The notes beneath the pieces are model-generated. The model had not been told where the DNA came from. It saw nothing but the letters and a program-made list of their open reading frames with translations, and ran no database searches. Source: Podarcis tiliguerta (lineage: Eukaryota). Taken from it: a stretch of 64,000 bases of DNA. Positions within the stretch are counted from its first letter, which is position 1. Each line of letters starts with the position of its first letter. Position numbers and translations under genes: made by a program. The DNA is taken from the NCBI GenBank assembly GCA_965153285.1, contig OZ229113.1; one strand, 5' to 3'. Positions 49,191 through 61,262 of this stretch are shown here, one piece after another.

Positions 49191-51571
49191 TATAAATGTA
49201 TCCTGTGTACACAGCCACAGTCATCTTCTTTTCCAATAGCATGTGCTGTGTGTGTGAAGCCTGCAATCCAATTCCAGGCGCAGATTACTGATTCAGTGGA
49301 TGACCTCCCTGTCAGCTTTCCATATGTAAAAAATGGAATAGCTGGGATTTAGGTCACAGTGCTGTTGTGCAAATGAGTGAGATAAGGAAGCACTGACAAT
49401 TTTTCTGAGTCTTAAAGATGGGACAGACTGTGTCTTTAAAGCTATAAATAACTATTATCCAAACCTTCTCTAATTGCATAAATGTTTAATTCTTTTTAAA
49501 CCCAGCATTCAATGAGATGCTGGATTCAGTAACCTATGTCAGTCTGCACATGCCTCATTTTTTACTCTGGATTTTTAAAAATGCTAAGGTGTTTTAATAA
49601 GCAAGGCTTAGCTTAAGCCTCTGCTTTTTGAAGACAGGGCCACAGATTAAATGCAGAACTGTATTTTTAATTTGCGAGCTGTCCAGAGAGGAGATTGTCT
49701 ATAGGGCAGCATAGAAATGTGTTAAATTATAAAGAATACTTTATATTGTCTTGTCATAGATAATTTCCATAGGTTTATACCCAAGCAGATGCCAGCAAAA
49801 AGATTGATATACCTTTTGCTTCATGAGACATCACTTTTGCCTATCAAGCCTATTGCAGTGCCATAATAAGAGATATTTTCCAAGTAACAGCCATTGTGGT
49901 AGTAATAACTCTCACTACTGTATGCAGTGAACAAAGAGATAAGTCACTTCCAATTAGACAAATGAATAGTAGATTGAAGGACAAAATAGTCCTGAACAAA
50001 TATGTCAATATACACATCTGCACTGTGCACACTTACAAATTGATACTTTGCAGTTTTGAGGTGCCTTCTATCATTTCTTTCAAATACTTCTAGATGGGGT
50101 CATTATTACCAACTTTCTTCATCCCTTACCCACCCTAAGTCAGCAAGAATAGCGTTTTAGCACAAGATGAGTGCTAACAAATGTGATTATTCTAAGACAA
50201 GGAGGAGAGGCAGAAGAGGCACATGGAAGGCATCAGTAGGCAATGTCCCATCTTAGCAATGTTTTATCACTATACAGTAAATAGCATCAAATTGAAATCA
50301 ACTGCAATATGGATTTTAAATGCCATAGCTCTAGGTAAGAAAGTCTTAATCATGGACACATTGGACATTCCTTGCTTTTAATCTCAGTCCAGAACCAGTG
50401 GAGCTGGAAGCAATATTTGGAGGGGTCAGGTCCTAATGTGCCACAATCTGTGGCATTTTGCATGCCCCCACTTCATTGAAGTAGGAAACTGTAGCCCTCA
50501 AATGCCATTGGGCTCCAGTGCCTAACAGCCAAGCTGGCATAGCCCATGATCAGAGATGATTAGAGTTGTAGTATAACAACATGTGGAGGTTACAGGTCCC
50601 CCCACCCTGTTGTAGACCAGTATCTGCATTGATGTTGACCATGCATGTGGATGACCGGGATGAGGGGACTTTAAATCTGTGTTGCAAGTGTTCCCTCTTA
50701 TTGGGAGCATCTTACATGAGAGCAGAACCAAAAGTTTCAGTAAAGTTGGCTCAGCCAACTATAGTTGGATATGATTCCGACAGCCCAGAAAGATTTCAAC
50801 TTGGCCATTGTGAAGAAAGATGCTCAGATGTGAGATGGAGTGAATTGTCATAGCAGCTCCACTGAATACATGGTTCAACACAATTCATTGAATGGGTTTT
50901 TTTAAAAAAAGGATTATATTTCCTCATTGCACTCTGGTGCACACATTGTGATTCCCATAGAGGGGCTGACAGAGATGCGATATCTTCTGAAGATGATCCT
51001 TTTCTTGGCTTTATTAATCTTCCTGAGCTCCATCTACCTAAAGAGATGAAGTGCTTTACTTAAATCATAGCTGTGAAAGTCTTTCAGATTCAGACTTCAG
51101 AAAGAATTCCTTTTTTTCTGTTGGGTTGGCTTCCATGACAAGCAACAAAGTCCAGTGATTCTTTTGAGAGAAAAAGAATATGATGCAGGACTGAGGCAAC
51201 CTGCTAACAACCAACACTGTGCTCTTTTTAAATTTATGGATTTCAGTATGCTAAGAGGCTAAGACTGAAGCATTTCATAACCATAAACCAAGGCATTCCC
51301 ATTGGGATTTAGAAAGGAATCCAGAATATTTGCTTAATTAAGAAATGCAGCTTTGTGGCTTGGAAAACATCATTTTGTATTTGAAAAATATATTTATTAC
51401 TTTGTCTAATACCAAAACAAATGATAAATGAGAACTAGGTCCTTCATAAAACAGGAATAATCAGAACATTTCTGTTTCAACATAGATACCATTAACTCTC
51501 TCACTACACACACACACACACACACAAACAAACAAACAATTTGTGAGATCCTGTTATTGAACATAAAGAAT

Positions 51572-51985
51572 TAGGGATAGGGGAGAAATTCAATTCTGTT
51601 TGCATTTAAAAGTGAACCTACCTAATTCACACTTTCTGAAACAATGCATGAACTGAAGCACAGCCATCTCTCAAAATTTTCACTTGTCTGAATGTTGAAT
51701 GCAGTTCTGCAGCCTAGTCATGTGTAGAAAAATGTATAAACTAGGAGAAAGTGTTGGGGGGGGAATCACATATTAGTGAAGATAGCATACAAAGTACATT
51801 ATAGTAAGGGAAATTGTTTTGCAAAAAATGTATGCATTAGGAGGAACTGGGACTAAAATTCTGCTGAATTTCCATGAAGACTTTAAAAAAATATATCATA
51901 AAGTGGTGTGGAAATGTACAGAACTGAAGTTATAAATAATGAGGAATTGAGAAAAAAATGAAATTTACAGATTTGCCCATTCCTA
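51572..51985 (+). mobile_element. AT-rich non-autonomous hAT-like element (uninterrupted reference copy)
   Basis: Termini TAGGGATAGG / CCATTCCTA resemble Ac-type TIRs; two related interrupted copies elsewhere in the window. Confidence 0.65.
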
Positions 51986-53740
51986 CAAAGCCTAAGATCA
52001 ACTAATGGCAGACCTCGGTGTTCCGTCTGGAGGTTTTCTTTCTAGATAGTATTAATAAGACTCAACAAAGCTCTCATACATAGATTTATTGAAGATATTC
52101 AAGGCACATGTAGAAATATTACTCACATTCCAATAGGCTGTTCTATGGCTCTGAATGAAGATGGTTAGAAGCTTTTTATGAAGTTTTCTGTGAAGCTCTG
52201 TAAGGACAAAGTGAGTTCGCCTTTTTTCTTTGGTTTGCCATAACTAGACTGCCACTAGATTACAAAGGAGGAAAGGAGGTTTATTCCTGCTCTGACCAGA
52301 GCCAATAGAAGGGAGGTATTTTCCCAACCTGCCTTGAGGTCTAAAATTGAGGCGGGGGGGGACGACGACACACTATCTTTTTTCAAAGGGCCAGCATTGT
52401 TCTTCTTTCTCCCTAATACCAACACAGAGATTTGCTTTCACTAAGTAACTGAATCCTGTGCGGGCAGAACACTTGGGTTTTCAAATTTCAGTGGTGCCCT
52501 GCGTGATGCCAAAATTCAGCACCCTCCAATTCTCATGCTCCATTCTAAAGCATAGTTGTGGCGTTCCCTGTGGTCTCCCCAAGGTTCCACGCCCAGTGCA
52601 ACTTACAACCACTTCTGGATCAACCCACATAAATTCACAACAAATATCCAACAGTTGTCTATGCACCCTGTCCTCCAAAATACTGAGGATCCACAAGGAT
52701 GTTTTGTGATGTGATGTGGTGTCTAAGGGACTCACAGTTGCTTGGGTGAAAAAGATAAGCGATCAAAGCAGGGCTTACTGGAAATGAAAAGAACACACCT
52801 TGATGACAGGTATATCCTCCCAATAAGTCACCTGTGCTAGAGCATCAAGGCATGCAACTATTTTCATTATGTAGCACCAGCAATGTGCCTAAGAGCAGTA
52901 ACACCAAACCGATCTCATCTCTGAAAATAAAAGGTCATATAATCCTTATTTAAATGAAGAGATATAATGCCAGTATTGTCAATACTCACAGTCAGCTTTT
53001 ATTTCCATTGAAGATCAACATTCTTAGGCAGTTAGTCATTAGCTTTGATATAACGTCAGTTCAAAACAGGAACAATTAGTTGTTTGAAAGAATTTCCCTT
53101 GCATTTCCCCCACACAATCAAGGACGCAGCTAGTTGCTACGTTTTATCATTTTAAGTGATTCATTAGCTGTAAGATGACTGAATGCTGGCAGCCAGTGCG
53201 TAATACACCTTAGAATAGGAATGAAAAGGTCCTGAAACCTGACCTTTTCTTTTTTTGTTTCACTAATCATCCCACTGTCTTTTCCTTCCTGTGATATATC
53301 AAGAGGGAGAGTTGCTTCAAAAAAAGCAGTCTCCAAAGGCCAGTAGCATATAAGTTCTGGAATTTATCAATGCCGAGCTGCTTTCCAGGCAGTCAATATT
53401 TTGTGGGTGGAATTCACTTGTGCAATGGCAAATCCAGCTTGTACAGTTAAACCAGATTTGTTGCTCTTGCCCTGCTCTTCTAAATGGTCCTTTCACGGTA
53501 ATGAAAGTGACAGGAAAATGTACTGGAAAATGTGGGATAGTGATTGTGGGGTGTGGGATGATGTAACCTTCCTGCAAATCAATAAATCAATAAGTAGCAA
53601 CCAAATCAAGTTCAATGTTCAATAAACAGTTTGTCTGGAAGAGGCCCAAACTGTAGTTTAAATGGCTTTGAAATTGCAAAAATACATGGTGAGCAGAAAA
53701 TGTTCACTGACATGTAACTGAGGTTCCTTTAGAGAGCATG

Positions 53741-53810
53741 TAGTTTGTCCACCTCTGGTCCCCACCCTGCACTCAGTTCTCACCTGTGGATCCTAGAAAC
53801 TGTCAGCATG
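53741..53810 (+). repeat. Fragment of the repeat at 60615-61262
   Basis: CCCACCCTGCACTCAG.TCTCACCTGTGG.TCCTAGAAACTGTCAGCATG is nearly identical to ~60672-60721. Confidence 0.8.
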
Positions 53811-55529
53811 GCATGTCCTGGGGTGTTTCTTTGGAACACTTGGGTTGTACATGCATTGGGTTTCTTAGGTGTACAGGGCCCTCAGTTTGTTCCTTCTTTC
53901 CTTATAGAGAATCTACATTCCTGGTTCTGCCTTCACTGGTTCAACAGCAGCTAATTTCTAAAGAAAGTGTTCTGTCTGTCTAATTTGTATGTCAAGGAAA
54001 TATGTAGTAAAATTTGTTTGAAAGCCTATTTCCTCTCAGTAATATTGAAATTAGTTAATGCATATTTTATACACACCCACACACACCTACCTAATTGAAA
54101 CAGTACATGACTAATCTCAGGAAAAAAATATGTTTAGGATGACTGTTTTAACTTGAACTACGTATATGGTTATTTTTCTTTCGAAGATCTTAACATGGGA
54201 AACTGCTCACCCACCTAGAAATCTCCTTTGCCCCTTCTGTGCAATCCCACACATCATTGTCTCTGTTGCCACCACAATTCCCCACCACAATGAGAATGAA
54301 TGGATACTAATATTGCTTCACTTTTCTTTTAAACAACCTTTTCAAGGCCCAAGAGTTAGTACGTTTACACACTCATTTTCATTTTGGGCTTTGTAAGTTT
54401 AGGGAGGTTTACACTATTTTCTCCTGTCACAGGGCGGCTCTGTGGAATGTAATTTTATAACTAAATCATTTCAAGTGTGGCTAATCATACTCCTCAAGCA
54501 AAACTCCTTGATATCATTTTTATCCTGACAGGAATGCTTTTTAATTGCTAATGTGGAAAAAAAATATGTTACTAGCATATCTAAGTGCCTTAAACATCAG
54601 GCTAAGTCCCGAAATACAGAAACAATTTATTGCAGGTCTCATTCAAATTCATGCATCTTGTCCCCATTATGGGTTTAGGTGAATTCTATTAATGTCAAAT
54701 GTGTGTCTGTCAGAGAAAGAGAATTGACTGTTATAACGATTGTGCACCTAACTAAAGGAGAAGCCACTCAGGCTTGCCCTCCACTCAACAAAGAACTCCG
54801 GATTCATGAACACTGCATTGAAGCCACATACTCTTTTATGCTTTGCTGCTTAATGAACACATTTCGGCTCCCTTTATTTTGCACTTCTGAAATATAAATG
54901 TCAATTGGCAGCTTTTACAAAACTACACCCAGTCTGCTTGTCACATTGCCTTTCAACCATGAACACTATATAATTCACTATTATCTTGTTGACAAGGCTA
55001 TGATTCGTTTCACACATCATTGTACATTAAGATAATATGTACCTGTGCTCCATTCTCGTCCCACTTCAAGGCTCAACTACTAACAAATTCATGGCCAATT
55101 AATTTTATCAGAAAGCAGTTGGGAGCTGGTGTGCCTTCCTCAACCTTTCACATAAAACCCTTATGTAAGACAAAATGGCTAGTAAATCAATTGGAATCCA
55201 ATATATTGAAAATAGTTGATAGCAAACTGCTTAAGCACCTCCACCCAACTTAAAAAACAACAACTATAAATACTGTTTTTATTAAATTCTGGAAAGATCT
55301 ATGGAAACTCAGGACATCTCCAGATGACCTATCTATTGAACATTCATTCTGATTTTCTTACACAAAACCTAGGTGGGCTTTAGATTATGTCTGGACTTTA
55401 TAGGGCATTTGTTCCAATTTCTTTGTGCATAGTTTATACAACAATAAAGCCTTTGGTCTGATATGCTTTCACAGTATTTGTAGATCTTTCCATTAGTCAT
55501 TTGTTCATGGAGGGGCAGTGTGAGTTATG

Positions 55530-56460
55530 GGTGGGTGGCAATGTTTAGTGGTTGTTCCGTCCCTACTTGGATGGTCATTTCTAGAGGGTGGTACTTGGGC
55601 CCTCTTTGGCCCTGCAGAACCTTCAATGTGGGGTTCCTCGGAGTTCTATTTTATACTCCATACTGATTGACATCTACATGAAACCACTGAGTTTTGGAGT
55701 ACGTTGTCAGCAGAATGCTGATGACTCAGAATTCTGCTTCTCCTTCACATCTGCATGTGTGGCAGTGGTCTTGCTTTGGCAATGGATTGGATGACAGTGA
55801 ATAAACTGAAGCTCAATGCATATAAGACTGAAGCACTGTTAGTGAGTTGTTCCCTAGACTGGATGGTTGAGTGGTTGCCTGCTCTTGATGGTGTTACACC
55901 CCTCTGAATGTGTGGGTATGCAGCTTGGGGGTACTTCTGGATCCTTTGCTGCTGCTTGACACTCAGGTGGCCTCAGTAGTGTGAAGTGCCTTCCATCAGC
56001 TTTGGCTGGTGACCCACTTGCACATCGATATGGACAGGAGCAGCCTAACTTCTGCTGTCTATCCTCTGGTGATCTCTGGGTTAGATTACTGCAATGTGTT
56101 ATATGTGAGTCTGCCTCTGAAGACAGTTGGAAAACTTCAGCTGGTGCAGAATTAAATAGCCAGGTTGCTCACTGGGGCAAGACAGTTTGAGCACCAATCC
56201 TGACCTGACTGCACTGACTGTTAATTAGTTTCTGGGGCCCCATTCAAAATGCTGGTTTTGACCTATAAAGCCTTAAGTGGTTCAGGACTGCAGTACCTCA
56301 AGGACCACCTCTCCCCACCAGAACAGACATGGACCATGCAATCATCCACCACCTGAGGCGCTTCTTCTTCTACCTCCACTTGAGAGGTCTGAAAGGCGAC
56401 AACATGAGAGTGGGCCTTTCTCTGGTGGCACCCAGCCTGGGGATTGCTCTCCACAAGGAG
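55530..56460 (+). mobile_element. L2 LINE fragment (RT to C-terminus), degraded
   Basis: CGVPRSSILYSILIDIYMKPL..NADDSE (decayed GVPQGS/YADD), NKLKLN..KTE, RLDYCN-like, LQLVQN-like and RAFS-like segments. Confidence 0.85.
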
Positions 56461-56601
56461 ACTTGCATGGAGGAGGTCAGAGGGATTTGCTTGGTTTTAT
56501 ATAGTTTTCTCAGGAGTGTTCTGACTTTATACAATTTTACTTATACATGTGATAGCCAGGAATGTAGCCCCTGTGGAATAGCCCCTCTGTATAGGACTGC
56601 T

Positions 56602-57005
56602 CCATAAAGAAGGCTGATCGCCGAAGAATTGATGCTTTTGAATTATGGTGCTGGAGGAGACTCCTGAGAGTCCCATGGACTGCAAGAAGATCAAACCACT
56701 CCATTCTTAAGGAAATCAGCCCTGAGTGCTCACTGGAAGGACAGATCGTGAAGCTGAGGCTCCAATACTTTGGCCACCTCATGAGAAGAGAAGACTCCCT
56801 GGAAAAGACCCTGATGTTGGGAAAGATGGAGGGCACAAGGAGAAGGGACGACAGAGGACGAGATGGTTGGATAGTGTTCTCAAAGCTACAAAAATGAGTT
56901 TGACCAAACGGCGGGAGGCCGTGGAAGACAGGAGTGCCTGGCGTGCTCTGGTCCATGGGGTCATAAAGAGTTGGACACAACTAAATGACTAAACAACAAC
57001 AACAA
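56602..57005 (+). mobile_element. Bov-B LINE 3' fragment
   Basis: High identity to 18142-18536; (CAA)n tail; 11-bp TSD ATAGGACTGCT at 56591-56601 and 57006-57016. Confidence 0.96.
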
Positions 57006-58968
57006 ATAGGACTGCTGCGCTGCCCAAGTTCCTTAGGATGGCATATAAATGACGTCACACTATGCCTTAGAGTTTACAGCTCCAGCCCTCTAAAGCTTTA
57101 ACAGCAGTCTTGTTCTACAGACAATCATTTTATCCCAGTTTCCTCCATTCCTGCCATTTCTCATGGTATGGAAATTGGTTCTTTGTTAACTACCCAGTTG
57201 TCCATGCCAGTGAAAGAGCAATATGTTAGCTTTACTGACTTGGATCCTGATTTTCCTTCCACATCACCCCTCCCCAAGTTTACATGCACAACAAGGGGAT
57301 TTTTCCCTGTGTAACCCAAAAACTACTTCTGACTTGGGATGACCTCTTGGAATGTTGTAGTATATGGTGAGGAGGATTTTAAATACAGGAGGGAATTGGC
57401 ACAGACACACCTTATGTGTATAATCCAATGTGAATAAGTGCTTTATATCTCATGTGTCTGAAGTGTTCTTATTTCTCCTACCATCTGCAATATTCTCTGC
57501 AAAGTTATTATAATACAGGTCATCATAAGCACGTAGCATTATCAATGCTCATACATGTATAGAATCTCAGTTCAGTGCCCAATTATTCTTCAGTCTCTAA
57601 TAGTCACATATGCTGCAGGAAAGTATACTTTGGGGAAACATTAACTTGCCAGCCATCTGTTGGGTGACAAAGGCGTCTAACTATGGATCAAAGGAATGCC
57701 TAAATTACAGAAGGAAATGTTGTAATTTGGATAGTAGATGATGTAGCCACAAGAGTTTCTGGGCCAAATTTACTCTTGGTGTAGTATCATGTGTTTTATT
57801 AAAACTGTAGGCTTCAGTTTGAACCAACCAATATTCAATCCACACTCCCACAAAATATGCAAAAGTGTTGTATTTTATACTACACAAAAATTAGCATCTA
57901 GTCTTCCACAATATTCAGAGATCTCCTACAGGAAGAATGTAAAGACAAGATAGTAAACCATACTCAGAGCAGATCCATTGAAATCAGTGGACTTTAATGG
58001 GTCTACTCTGTGAGGGGTGATGGCAAAATAAGAGAATGTGCTGGCAGTCATATATTGATAAAAGTGCTTTAGGTGGCAGCACAAAACAGCTGTCATGGAC
58101 AGTACTGTTAGACACACAAAAAAACAACACTGGGCCTACTAGTATATTTTTAGGCATGCTATCACACATCCTCATTTACACATGCTAATGTTCATGTGTG
58201 AAAGTGGAATGTGTGTCTTCGTCTTTGCACCAGTAAGGCAACAACAATGTGAATCTAAGAATGTACTACTTTTATTAAAGCTACTGGGCACTAAAGATAG
58301 AAGGATTCAAACATCAAATTTGGAGAAGCTTATGTGTGCCAGGCAGTCATACACAACAGTACAATAGCAGTTCCATGCATAAGGAAAACTAGAAGAGTCA
58401 GCCTATCGTTGGCCTTTTTCCTGGAGGTTTCCAAATAAAAGGAGGCATAATGTTGTCAAATAGCTGGCATTTTGTTCCCCAAGAATTCATAAAGAATTAA
58501 TTCATGGTGACTAACAATGCCTAGTCCTATGGACAATATGAGTATAAAAATAACTGAAGGGGGGTGGGGACCCTAGGAATAAAGGGAAAGAAGGGGAAAC
58601 TAAGCTGGCTAGGAGTGAACCCGAGGAAATGGGACCATATGGGTTTAGAGAACACTTTTGTAAGTTTGGTCACCTGAGGGAAGGAGCCTCTAGGACAAAA
58701 AATAACCTAGGCTATCAGGTCATCTAAGTCTGTCCACCATCAAAATCTAAGCATCCCACCAACTTCCCAACATAAGTGGAAAGGAATATGGTGTGGAAAT
58801 GTGTGCCAGGGAAGGGTTTTAATTTGTAAGTAATGCTGATAGATGTTACTTGTCTCAATTGACTACCAGTGATGTCAATGCTTCAGCTATGGAGCTTCCT
58901 GCATCAGGACTTCCTACATCAGTAGGACAAATCAAGAAGTACCCAGTATGGCTTGACTGGGTTACACT

Positions 58969-59079
58969 CAATGTGTCTAAACTTTTTTCAAAGAGGGCCA
59001 GATTTGATGAAGTGAAGGGCTGTGAAGGCAGACCAAATGGCTGACCAAAGTTGTCCGAAACGGACTTTGGACATGCCTG
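58969..59079. mobile_element. Degraded hAT-type MITE
   Basis: Right TIR TTTGGACATGCCTG, degenerate left end, flanking GGTTACAC/GGTTACAA. Confidence 0.5.
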
Positions 59080-59971
59080 GGTTACAACATAAACCTACTC
59101 AGAAGTCCTACTGAATCCAGTGGAGCTTATTCATAGATAAATGGGTTAAGATTGCAGCCTTATAGAAAGGTATTTGCATTCCCCAGATGTTTTAATCCCC
59201 TATGCATAGCTAGTGAGAGTCCCTCTTGTTGATTAATATGAACAGAGGCCAGCAAATCCACACTTCAACTACACCACTGCCTAAGCCTAGGCAACAGGGA
59301 GATTTCAAAATGAAGGTACTAAGGCCATATTTAAAACAGTAGGGAGGCTGAGCTCCTCGGTGACAGTTATGTACAAGAATCCTTGCACTCAGAGAGAAGA
59401 AATATGTATGCTCAGCAAAGGACTATATGCCTTTAGAATTGATATGAATATATTAGAAGTATCTGTTGCATTCCTATACAGTTAGGCTACTTTATTCTCA
59501 TTGAAATTCATGGGATTTAAACATGTGCAGAATTGCAAGCATAAAGAGACATTCCTTTTTTCTTTTCCCCTTTCCCCCAGCTGTGTAGTGAGTGTGGCCT
59601 GTCACTTTAAGAGACATGCCTGATCTGTAATAGAAACCACCCTTCCCAGGTGTGGTTCCATTCTTAGCTCAGTAGGAACCCTAGTCCTGCCTGCATAATA
59701 AGTCCTAGCTGCTGTGCTGAGTTGTTGATCACAGACAAATATAGCTAGTGAAGTTTTCCAGGTTGCTGCTGTTTCTTGGTATTAGGACAGGCCCATTACA
59801 TATTTTACTCACACAGTGAGTACCCTTCCCAAACCCACAGGATACTGTATGTTGTTTATTACTTTACCAAAAACATTTAGGAAATAAAGGGGGGAAAGCC
59901 ATAAACAAGCAATAAACCTATGTTTGCTTCCTTGCAATAAGCAATACAGTGTCATATACTTTTGAGCATAT

Positions 59972-59974
59972 ATC

Positions 59975-60013
<39 letters not shown>

Positions 60014-60035
60014 ATCTATCTATCATCTATCTATC
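59972..60035. repeat. (TATC)n / GATA microsatellite
   Basis: About 15 units with ATC interruptions. Confidence 0.97.
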
Positions 60036-60614
60036 TGTAGGATCAGACCATTAGAGTATCAATGGTTAATTAGAAATCTCTTCTGAATGCATTTCTCAGC
60101 ACCATAATTCAGCAATGCAGGCCAAAAATATTTTCCTTTCTACATACCTCCTTTTCTTGTGCCAAAGGCCACACAGACATACAACATTAATGAAAAACAA
60201 GAAGGAATACTTATAGCATATCACTCTTGTGTAAAGTTTCCCTAGTTTATCTTGTCAATGAAATGTCACTTTTATTAATTTATTGCAAAATTTAAGCTCT
60301 AAATAGCATTGCATGCAAACACCATGGACTCATTAGAAACAGCAGCTTAAAAAAGAAAAGGAGGAAAAAAGTTCAGCTTTGGAATTTACACTGAACTGCC
60401 CAAGACAAATGTACAGGGGGAAAAAGAAAGGAATAACCATTGGACATATAGAGGAAAGAGGGAACTATTGTTTATTTGTCATTAATTTCTCTGGGGAAGT
60501 ATTTTGAACTTGTGTCCATGAAATTGGCTGCAGTATGTTATTTTGATAATGAATGATTAATATTCAATAGCTTGATAATAACCTTATCATGGGATGTTGG
60601 GGAGGGGAGGGGAG

Positions 60615-61262
60615 TACGTCTGGTGATAGACTTGTTGTGCTCCTTCCAGGGTAGCTTATCTACCTTTGGTTCCCACCCTGCACTCAGCTCTCACCTGTGG
60701 CTCCTAGAAACTGTCAGCATGCAACAGCAGCCACCTTCGACTGGCTAGCTAAACCAGATGTGAATAGTCAATGAGTCTCAAATCCTCAGTGAGTCAGAGA
60801 CTTCCTCTGCACATTAAGACAGGCTTCAGTGGATTGAGCAGATAATATGGTCCAACAGTCAAGAAGGCGGTTTCTGCATGTGCTGTAGAGAGAAGTAAGG
60901 GACAGATGGGGCTCATCAACCTGGAAAGAAGAAAACTCTGATCCTAAATTTCTGCTGCCTTGCACAATATATTCTCTAGAAGAAAAGGCTAAGGAGCAAA
61001 CCCTACACTAATCCAGAGTTGAGTCCTTAGGATGGTTGGATGGCACCTTTATACCTTCTTCTGACAACTTCTGCAGCCAAACTGGTGCCAAATGTATTGC
61101 ACTGCTTTCCTTTGGGCCACAGCAACATGGCGAAGAGAGGGGTCTTGTTCTCTGGGCAGCTGAGGACCTCCATGCACTCAGTGCAGGCTTGTGCCCCAGA
61201 GAGGTCACTTCGGTGCTGCTAATGCATAGGTGCACTCCATTGTCTCTTAAGACAGATAGATA
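60615..61262 (+). mobile_element. Interspersed repeat resembling an RTE 5' UTR-derived non-autonomous element
   Basis: Partial second copy at 53741-53810; segments such as AGAAGAAAACTCTGATCCTAAA resemble RTE 5' UTRs (from recall); no ORF. Confidence 0.45.

Noticed and set aside
57962-58013. Hairpin as a possible pre-miRNA
   Set aside because: Short and resembles a palindromic MITE remnant; no miRNA recognised.
59552-59820. Strong polypyrimidine acceptor at 59580
   Set aside because: All frames close quickly and there is no unambiguous partner donor.
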